Shown here: piece by piece, positions 54,111-64,000 of the stretch | Layout of the letters: every line of letters starts with the position of its first letter | Numbering within the stretch: position 1 is the first letter of the stretch | Translations under genes and position numbers: made by a program | The notes under the pieces: generated by a model | Told to the model about the DNA's origin: nothing | What the model saw: only the letters and a program-made list of their open reading frames with translations | Databases searched by the model: none | NCBI RefSeq assembly: GCF_006345805.1 | Contig: NC_043008.1 | Span: 61,752,001-61,816,000 of the forward strand | Direction of reading: 5' to 3' | DNA length: 64,000 bases | Source of the DNA: Octopus sinensis | Lineage: Eukaryota

Positions 54111-56089
54111 AAGAAATATATATACATACAAACATGTATATATATAATTATATATGCCGAGGTAAAGAGAAAGAGAGAGGAAGAGTGAGAGAGACAGACA
54201 GACAGTCAGTCAGACAACAGACAGACAGAAAAAGATAGAAAGTGAGACAGAGGGGCAGTGGAAGAAAATGGAAAAGAGCTGGACAGTTAGTAAGGAATCA
54301 ATTACAATGATCTAGTTTATGTGTTGCCATTAAAATGGAGATATTGAGAATATGTCATTAAACTTGAGGTGTAACGGACGCATTTCTGATTGCTTTCTAT
54401 TAACATATAGCTATGTGGTAACGTCCCATGTTCAGAAACATGAGGTACTGCTTTTCAAACTTCTACTAAACAATGGCAATATGTCAGTAGAGATTGAATG
54501 TAGGCAACTGTTGTTTTGTATCCGTAAGTGATTTTTGATGGAGATAATAGTTAATGAAAGCATTTTCACATTCATCAACTCGTTTTAAAGCCTCTCTTGG
54601 ACAACAACTTTTCCAATGTATTCTTACTAAATTTAAAGATACTTCAGACGACATTCAAGGGGTATTTGATAGCTCTTTCTATCAAGTCGAGGAACAACAG
54701 AGAATTGCGTCGCTACTTCGACATATTTCATTCTTTCCTCACAGTTAGACAATAACCCTCACTAAGAAATCGTTTATTGTCATCAATCAAATTCGAAGGG
54801 ATATTTTACTTAAAACATACAGCTTTCAATACGCATACTATCAGAATTTATAATTCTTTAGTTGAAATATTTTGACTCGATTAATTTAAGCTTTTCAATT
54901 AGTGGATTCCGTAGGTTAAAGTTTGGTCTTTTAGGTAACAAAAAGGGGAAGAAATAGAACAGATATTTACTTGCCACGCGCAATATATTTGATCTTATTC
55001 ATTTCAAATATGATTGCGCGCGACATTTTTCTTCCGGGATTGATATTGTAGCAATAGCCATTTTAGCCATTTTGAAATGTGGCGTGAATTGGCAATATGA
55101 CGTAATGTCTTTGCTTAGGAATTGTCATTTTCGTTCTTTTCCCATTGGTTAGTGTAACTGCTCGTATAAGGATTCTAGAAGAATGTTTGTCCTGAATTTC
55201 GATTCTTTTTGATCAGGTTGAGCAGTTATAAAAACCCTGGATTTGAGGAGAGACTTTAGTGTTCGTTCGGTAGTCATTCAACTCCACGACACTCACTCTT
55301 TTGAAGACATCGGTAAATTTTTATGCCATGTCTACGTTAATTACAAATCTATTTTGATTTGCTGGTTAACGTATTAGATAGAAAAAGAAATTAGTTACGG
55401 AATTTAAAGTCGTTTTTCTTCACGACTAAGTTATCTTTCTTCTTGTAAATAAATATAAAATGTTATAATTATATAAATAAATAATTAAAAAGAAAATGTT
55501 TCTCTTCACGTTTGTTTTTCAGCTGAGCATAGATAAATATGCATTTCTGTAATCTTTGCTTTATGTTTCTTATAGCGGTTTAAAGGACACTATTAAAATA
55601 TTCAACATTCATGGTCGTTGAGTTAGCGTTCCATGCGTATATGTCTATATGACGTTACAACTGTAGTTAGGGTTAAAGATACAATGATAACACTTTAGTA
55701 TAAGTGACGATAAATCATTATATTTTCCCTTACTCAGAGGAAAGCCTAAATAGATAATATAACTTAAGAGAAAGCTTAAGGTAGAATAACCGACAGCCCC
55801 CGCATAGGAAAAATATAATAAATCACCATTTAGATATTGTTATTGATGTACTCTTCTTTAAAAATTGCTGCACTTACGCCCAAATAGAATGTTATTGCTG
55901 CTTCATTTTAATGCTGTGACCTGGTAGATGTTTTCAGCACACCGGATAAAATTATTAGCGCCATTTTCCCAGCATTCATTTAGAAATTTAAAGCCGCTGA
56001 TGCCGTCTTTGCCCATCGTTCATTCAGTATCAGTGAAACAGGTAGCATTTGTGTGTTGAGATCGAATCTAATGGACAGACAGAGAGACA

Positions 56090-56227
<138 letters not shown>

Positions 56228-56597
56228 AAAGATAGATAGACATAGAACGTTGTATCGATGATTTTCACACTCAACTTTCTTTTGAAACGAGCTGCATGTT
56301 TTCAGAGACGATATGCTTATTAAAAAACAAATGATTTATCTTAAACTATTCATCCAGTGAACGTTGGAAAAATGACGTCACTCGTTTCTATCACCTGGCA
56401 TTTTCAGTAACTGTCTTTACACGAGATTTTTTCAACCAAACACTTGTAATCAAAATTTGATACATGGAAAATGTGTAAAAGTTCATCGCATGTATAGTAA
56501 TTCAACTCCCTCCATGTATAAGTGTACTAACAAGCACATACACGCAGACACACACACATACACTCTCTCTCTCGGAATCTATCTATCTATCTATCTA

Positions 56598-56631
<34 letters not shown>

Positions 56632-57787
56632 CACACACACACCAAAACACACACACACACATATGAAGATTATTCGCCAATATAATGTGACAGTATCGGA
56701 TTGGATGAATGCTATTGTTGTTTAAACCCCAGGAAACATCGTCTCCAGCTGGCTATACGCCACACATCTGTGTCCGTAAATGTTCAAGCATATAAGGACG
56801 CAGATGTGTGTCGAATAGCCAGCTCACTGTGGACTACGATTCCTGGGGCTAAAACAACAGCAACATTCATCCCAACTAGGATTGTCAAATTATGTAGGCA
56901 AATGATCTTTACATTCAAGTGCTGTTAGTGTATGTCACTCGTTGAGAGATTTAGAACAATAAAGTTTCTATATATATACACACTTGCACATACATATATA
57001 TACATATATATATATACATATATGTATATGTGTAAATATACATATGTATATGTATATATGTATATATGTATACATATATGTATATGTGTAAATATACATA
57101 CGTATATAAGTATATATATATATATATAAATTATATAAATTTGTGTGTATGTGTATATAATATCATCAAATGTGTGATAAAAACGCCAAATTGTATAAAT
57201 TATGTTATATTAACGGAAACAATAGCAAGAGAGACATTAACATCAAAAACTAGAAGTGAAGATTGAGATGCGCACATCTTTTTATGGTGCTAATGCAATT
57301 TTACGAGTAGCAATTATGATTTAATAGAAGCGAGATTTCAGTTTTTGATTGTGCCAGGTGCGAGTAGAATGTAATTAACTGATACATCAAATATTTCAAG
57401 GAAATTGGCATAGTCATAAATGCATGCAGTATACATGTTTAACTCCCTCAATTTTCACATTACAATATCGTACGGAAGAAAGATGAGATTTTCCAAAACT
57501 ACTGCTGATAAATAAATATCTATGTAATTTTTATCACTTGGCTTCCCTACAAATTGAGTTTAAGCGCACAAACTTCGATGCACGGTGCAAGCTGAGTATA
57601 AATGCCGAGGTTTTTGCTCCCGTACTTACAAAAATGTTCATATTAGAAAGAAATTCTCTTTCAGTAAACATCATAACCGTAGGAAAATTAATAATATACA
57701 ACTGAGAAAGGCTTCGTGTACATATGTGTGTGTGTGAAAACTAAGGAGTGCGTTGCGGTACTATGTATAATATTTCCAGAAGTGTAT

Positions 57788-58190
57788 AGGCGTAGGAGTG
57801 GCTGTTTGGTAAGTAGCTTGCTTACCAACAACATTGTTCCGGATTCAGTTCCATTGCGTAGCACCTTGGGCTAGTGTCGTCTACTATAGTCTCGGGCTGT
57901 CCAAAGCCTTATGAGTGGATTTGGTTGATGGAAACTGAGAGAAGCCTGTCGTATTTATGTGTATATGTATGTGTATGTGTTTCTGTGTCTATGTTTGTTC
58001 CCCCAACATCGCTTGACAACCGATGCTGGTGTGTTCACATCCGCGTAACTTAGCGCTTCGGCAAAACAGATCGATAGAATAAGTACTAGGCTTACAAAGA
58101 ATAAGTCCAGGAATTCGATTTGCTCGACTAAAGGCGGTGCACCAGCATGGCTGCAGTCAAATGACTGAAACATGTAAAAGAATAAAAGAA
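57788..58190 (+). mobile_element. SINE family B
   Basis: Full-length match to 3083-3490. Confidence 0.9.
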
Positions 58191-58359
58191 AGAATGTGAT
58201 TGCTGAAAATATTCACGTAAAGCAATGCGCTCTTTATTTTTTATCTATACATAGGCGGCGCATAATTCCTGAAGGGCAGAAGTCAGGCTGTCACAGCAAA
58301 TGGTGCTCTCTCCGAAGTGTCACCAATGCACATCAGAGACCCCTTGTGTGTATATATAT

Positions 58360-58393
<34 letters not shown>

Positions 58394-58534
58394 ATATATA
58401 TATATATATAAATAACAATGATAAATCTCAGAGCGAGTTATAAACAGTAGCGGTAACACATCGTGACGCATATTTGCCATTTGAATATAGCATCCACCCT
58501 TAGGGGTTAGCCATATTCAAATGGCAAATATGCG

Positions 58535-58560
<26 letters not shown>

Positions 58561-58567
<7 letters not shown>

Positions 58568-60006
58568 GAATAAAGGTAGAAATTGATATTAATCAATTAA
58601 AACCTGTGGTCTAGAATATTAAGTGGTCAGTCCTTTAAATTTTGTATGTAAAAAAAAAAATATATATATACATTCACACACATTTTGATGTGTAAGTGTA
58701 TGTGTGTTTGTACTTCCTGGCTGCTTCTTGATGACCAATATGGGATTTCTTGCGCCACTTTGTTTCACGTTCAGGCAAACGAGGGATAGGCAAGATACTA
58801 GGCTTCGTATAAGTTCTGGCATCGATTTGATGGATTAAACCTACTAAGATGCTGATTCTGCGTGGACTTAGTTCAGTTGCTGGAGCAAACATTGATGTAT
58901 AAAGTATGTTGATTTCTTGTTAGGTATAAACGTTTGAAATAAGGTCAACTATTCGTTTCATTCGTTTCATATATTTGAAAGACTGGATATAGTGAAGTGA
59001 GTGTTAATATGCTTTTAGAATAGTGGTGTAAGTTAAGGTTTGGAATCAGAGTTCTAGTTTACGGCAAGAGTGATTTTTCAACTGTTATTCATGCTTAATA
59101 AATATATAGGGTAAGGTGTTGCTGCGTGTTAAAATGCTTGCTTCCCAACCATATGCTTCCGGATTCAGTCCTACTGCGTGGCACCTCAGGCGAGTGTCTT
59201 CTACTATAGCATCGGGTTGAGACCAAAGCCTTCTGAGTGGATTTGATAGATAGAAACTGAAAGAGACCGTCATATATATATATATTATATATATATATAT
59301 ATATAAAATTGAATAAAGGTAGAAATTGATATTAATCAATTAAAACTTGTGGTCTAGAATATTAAGTGGTCAGTCCTTTAAATTTTGTATGTAAAAAAAA
59401 AATATATATATATACATTCACACACATTTTGATGTGTAAGTGTATGTGTATTTGTACTTCCTGGCTGCTTCTTGATGACCAATATGGGATTTCTTGCGCC
59501 ACTTTGTTTCACGTTCAGGCAAACGAGGGATAGGCAAGATACTAGGCTTCGTATAAGTTCTGGCATCGATTTGATGGATTAAACCTACTAAGATGCTGAT
59601 TTTGCGTGGCCTTAGTTCAGTTGCTGGAGCAAACATTGATGTATAAAGTATGTTGATTTCTTGTTAGGTATAAACGTTTGAAATAAGGTCAACTATTCGT
59701 TTCATATATTTGAAAGACTGGATATAGTGAAGTGAGTGTTAATATGCTTTTAGAATAGTGGTGTAAGTTAAGGTTTGGAATCAGAGTTCTAGTTTACGGC
59801 AAGAGTGATTTTTCAACTGTTATTCATGCTTAATAAATATATAGGGTAAGGTGTTGCTGCGTGTTAAAATGCTTGCTTCCCAACCATATGCTTCCGGATT
59901 CAGTCCTACTGCGTGGCACCTCAGGCGAGTGTCTTCTACTATAGCATCGGGTTGAGACCAAAGCCTTCTGAGTGGATTTGATAGATAGAAACTGAAAGAG
60001 ACCGTC
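58561..60006 (+). repeat. Tandem duplication of a ~705-bp unit (58561-59271 and 59304-60006), each ending in a SINE B 5' half and (TA)n
   Basis: Duplicated ORFs 58619..58822/59378..59566, 58674..58892/59418..59636 and 59085..59339/59820..60164; a few substitutions and a 9-bp attcgtttc indel. Confidence 0.95.
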
Positions 60007-60015
60007 ATATATATA

Positions 60016-60075
<60 letters not shown>

Positions 60076-60198
60076 ATATATATATATATAGGAGAAATAA
60101 GAAAATATATATATATATAAGGAGAAATAAGAAAATTGAGATAAACTTGATAACTGATAAACATTAATTATTATTTATTGATTATAGAAAAACAATAT

Positions 60199-60326
60199 CT
60201 CATCTTACACCTGTTTCTGTCCGTGCTATTGGGGGCTCACTCAGGCTTAATTATTAGAATAATAATAATTATTATCATAGTAGATAATTATACCAACTTA
60301 AATAGTGCAACTTCATCAGAGCGGAA
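60199..60326 (-). ncRNA. Type I hammerhead-like motif with long AT-rich stem II insert
   Basis: Minus strand: ttccgct CTGATGA aGTT..GACa GAAA CAGGTG TA / agatgag; core intact, stem I imperfect, A-A at the stem II base. Confidence 0.55.
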
Positions 60327-60728
60327 AAAATAAAAAAGAAACAGGAAAGAAAGAAAATGATTTTACAATTTGAATGGCCTCTCATTTAATTTAATTATGA
60401 TTATCAATTAGGAAATTACCGATAAATAAATTACTCTTAACTGTTATCATTTTTAAGTTCTGTAACTCCCGGTCTTTTCACTTTTTACTTTTTAGCTTAT
60501 GACCTAGCAAAAATACTCCTACAGTTATTCTATATCTAACTTACGCCGGCAGTAGCCTTCCTCCTCCGTAGAAAGACCCGTACCACTAAGTATTATAACT
60601 TTTCAAGTTGTATCACTATTTATTTTGTTCAGTCGGTCGAAAGATTTTCATAAGGATAGTACGTAGCATTTATTGGTATATCCTTATTTTCTCTTTTTCC
60701 CTATATTTTTATTTCCTTTTCTTTATTG

Positions 60729-60851
60729 CTCCGCTCTGGTGCAGTTCCACTATTTAATTTGGTATAAATATTTACAATAAGTATTATTATTGTAGTAATT
60801 AAGCCTGATTATGTCCAAAATAAACGCGAACAGAAACAGCTGTAAGATGAG
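60729..60851 (+). ncRNA. Inverted paralogue of the 60199-60326 motif, core degenerate
   Basis: ctccgct CTGGTGC aGTTC..GAACa GAAA CAGCTG TA / agatgag; perfect ACAGCTGT palindromic stem III; flanks homologous to 60130-60330. Confidence 0.55.
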
Positions 60852-61719
60852 ATATCGTCGTTTTATAATCAGTAAATACTAATTGATGTTTATCAATTAT
60901 GACTTTTATCTTCATTTTGTTATTTTTTCTTAAATATAGATAAACTTCGGTTTATTGCTTTCCTTACTTATCATTTACGAGCATTAATACTAATATTCAT
61001 AGTCACATGTAGGTAATACACCAGTAATTTATTGGCTACAAATATCCTTTAGGCGGTTTTTATAACCTCTAATTAAACTCGCCTATATATATGAGTGTGT
61101 GTGCATTTACATCTATGTGCGCAAGTATCTGTGTTTGTCCCCCCCGCTATCGCTTGAAAACCGTTGCTGATGTGTTTATGTCCCCGTAATCTATCAGATC
61201 GGCAAAAAATTCCGATAGAATATACACTAGCTTTACATACAATAATTCTTGGGTCCAGTTCTTCGACTAAAGCCCGTTGCTCCAGCAAGGCCGCAGACAA
61301 ATGAGTGAAACGAGTAAAATACGTTTCCTAAAAATTCATTATAATAACCGTTATTTGCACTGTCTACAGTGAGATCTGAAATGAGTGTTAGCATATTTAT
61401 TCTTAAATGTTATTGGGAGATTTAAATGCAAAATATGCTAGAGGTTGTAGTGTATGTCTTAGGAGAATAAATTCTCCCGTTTACGACAACATTGTGTTCA
61501 ACACAATCATCGCATCCTAGATTTATATTTCGAAACAAGAAACTATTAAATAAATTTGAACATCTGTAAACAAACGTAAGCGGAATTACATGAATGAAAG
61601 AGGTTATTATGATACGATACAAAAATATGAATAATAATGATGATGATTATGATAGTATTAACAACACAGCAATTATGATAACAACAACAACAACAAAACT
61701 ATACTACTACTACTACAAA

Positions 61720-61745
61720 TAATAATGATGATGATAATAATAATG

Positions 61746-61792
<47 letters not shown>

Positions 61793-61902
61793 TAATAATT
61801 AATAATAATAATAGTAATAATATAATAATAATAATAAAATAATAATAATAATATAATAATATAATAATAATAATGATAATAATAATAATAATAATAATAA
61901 TA

Positions 61903-61958
<56 letters not shown>

Positions 61959-61994
61959 TAATAATATAATAATAATAATATAATAATAATAATG

Positions 61995-62033
<39 letters not shown>

Positions 62034-62035
62034 GT
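61720..62035. repeat. (TAA)n trinucleotide microsatellite
   Basis: Directly visible. Confidence 0.95.
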
Positions 62036-62608
62036 CTAATAAGACTGAAGACATCTAAGATGAAAGGAAATGGAAATCGTTTTAGCAAATGTGTTATAGA
62101 TTCTATATTATAGAATATCAATCTTTTCGAGTGTAGATTGTTTTCAATTATTTAATATTATTCTATTTATTTGTCATGTATGATTTATTAATATTTCTGT
62201 GCAGCAAAATTATCCGTATATTACCATCAAATATTAATGGATATTTTTACACCTTCCCCAGTAAAACTGGAAGGTGATAAAATTTATACGTCTCTTTATC
62301 TTTATTCTCCAATTATTATGCATCTCCGGCAGAGTTCGCTCTCTTTTGTGAGATATAGAGTAGAAATGCTGTTCTATAAATTTACAACACTATACCCTTT
62401 ATTCCTGCATATTTATTAATCAAAGTACCTTTTCTATGGATTCAAACACAATATTTCATGCCTCATAGTCCTGTTTACACAACTGCTGAATTCAGGCTAT
62501 ATTAGGTGTGCTTGTTGACACAGAATTTCTCTCCTTTTCCATATCAAACTATTTCCGTCTCTATCTTTCATAAAGACACATATATAAATTCTCTTTCTCA
62601 TTCTCTCT

Positions 62609-62662
<54 letters not shown>

Positions 62663-62906
62663 ACACACATATACATGTTTACATTTTTATACGTACGTAC
62701 ATACATATAAGTGTGTGTGTAGGCGTGAGTGTGCACGGGTGTTCGCGAGCGTTTATCTGTGTTCCCTGTTCAGTTCTATTTTGAACTATCGTGCCAAGTA
62801 GACCAACGCTTTGCGAATAAACCAGTTAGTGTTCGCGTATATACATACATAAACACACACATACGGACACACACACGCACACACACACATATATATATGT
62901 ATATAT

Positions 62907-62939
<33 letters not shown>

Positions 62940-62997
62940 TTAAAATTATAAGTATATGAAAGAATGGAGTTGAACGACTAGTTAACAAATATCCTTT

Positions 62998-63082
62998 ATT
63001 CTCGACATATGTTTCGAAGGCTGCATATTCCTAATTCCGAAGGAATAAGGAGTACATTATGCAGATTTCTCATCAGGAAAAT
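62998..63082 (-). ncRNA. Type I hammerhead ribozyme with canonical core and GUC site
   Basis: Minus strand: ATTTTC CTGATGA GAAat CTGCATA atgtac TCCTTATTCC ttc GGAATTAGGA a TATGCAG ccTTC GAAA CATATG TC / GAGAAT; core at 63070-63076 and 63012-63015; palindromic stem III ACATATGT; cut between 63004 and 63003. Confidence 0.85.
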
Positions 63083-63213
63083 CAATGAACTTATGTCGAC
63101 ATCAAAATGCACAAAAACTTTTAGCTGACCGCTCTCAAGGAGCCCATGGCGATAATGCATATGTATATATATATATGTATACATATATATATATATATAT
63201 CGATTATATATAT

Positions 63214-63261
<48 letters not shown>

Positions 63262-63484
63262 ATATATATATATATATGTATATATGTATATCGTTTTAAT
63301 GTGTAGAAATTGTTAGTGCAACGTTAATAATAATATATTTAAATTAATATAATATCATTCAGTATTAATTTACTTACTTTATGGAGGTTCTATCTCTTAA
63401 ATCTCTATATATGTATATATATATATATATACATACAGATAGATAGGTAGATATACAAACATATATAGACAGCTAGATGCATAT

Positions 63485-63560
<76 letters not shown>

Positions 63561-64000
63561 ATACATACACACACACGCACAAACACACACATAAATGTAC
63601 GCATATATTCGTTTGTGAAATGTATTTATCTAAAGTATAACTTGCCAGAAAAACTGTGCTCCAACAGATAAAACACCGAGTAGCTAGAGATTGACTCGAT
63701 CAAAATAATCTCTACTAAGGTATTGAGTACCCTTTTTGTCTAGTAACCGATACAGGCACAAAGACACTCGCCTATACATGTGTGTGTAAGGGGGAAGGCG
63801 GCCTGTGTTTATATACATATTTGCTTATAAGAAATAAAAAGGAAAGAACTAGAATGAATACAGGAATCTGAACAAACAGACAGATTGATGAAAGATCGTC
63901 TGATAGATGCGTCGACACATTGACATCTACTCATCAGCAAGATTTCCTACAGCTTAATAAAAAATAATTTTTGTTCTTGAGATAATATTTTATGAATGCT

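Noticed and set aside
58619-59636. Duplicated 62-72 aa minus-strand ORFs as a gene
   Set aside because: Short, present only because of the tandem duplication, with stops in flanking frames and no recognised domain.
63885-63945. Minus-strand CTGATGA followed by a GTAGATG/CATCTAT helix
   Set aside because: No GAAA after the helix and no stem I partner; at most a very decayed relic.

Overview
AT-rich, microsatellite-dense animal genomic DNA. The SINE families and repeat load suggest an octopus or other coleoid cephalopod (inference). I recognise no intact host protein-coding gene; almost all listed ORFs are translated microsatellites or antisense frames of transposon relics. The window holds about 25 tRNA-derived SINE copies from at least three families (a representative subset is listed), a decayed Tx1/L1-type LINE, an RTE-like relic, two decayed Penelope-like elements (RT plus GIY-YIG), a Tc1 relic, a MITE, a non-autonomous Helitron and several local direct or inverted duplications. 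The main result is a non-coding ~485-bp tandem array at 29130-31284 (about 3.6 direct units plus one inverted partial unit, inserted in (TA)n). Its unit carries a complete type I hammerhead ribozyme fold: CUGAUGA and GAAA core, GUA cleavage site, 8-bp stem I, palindromic stem III and a long stem II. This is the organisation of a non-LTR retrozyme or ribozyme satellite that could yield ~485-nt circular RNAs. At least five further, mutually dissimilar hammerhead or hammerhead-like motifs occur elsewhere (27.9/28.8 kb, 41.2 kb, 47.0 kb, 60.2/60.8 kb, 63.0 kb with a half copy at 15.6 kb), several beside Penelope-like relics. All folds were assigned by eye; none was computed or tested.
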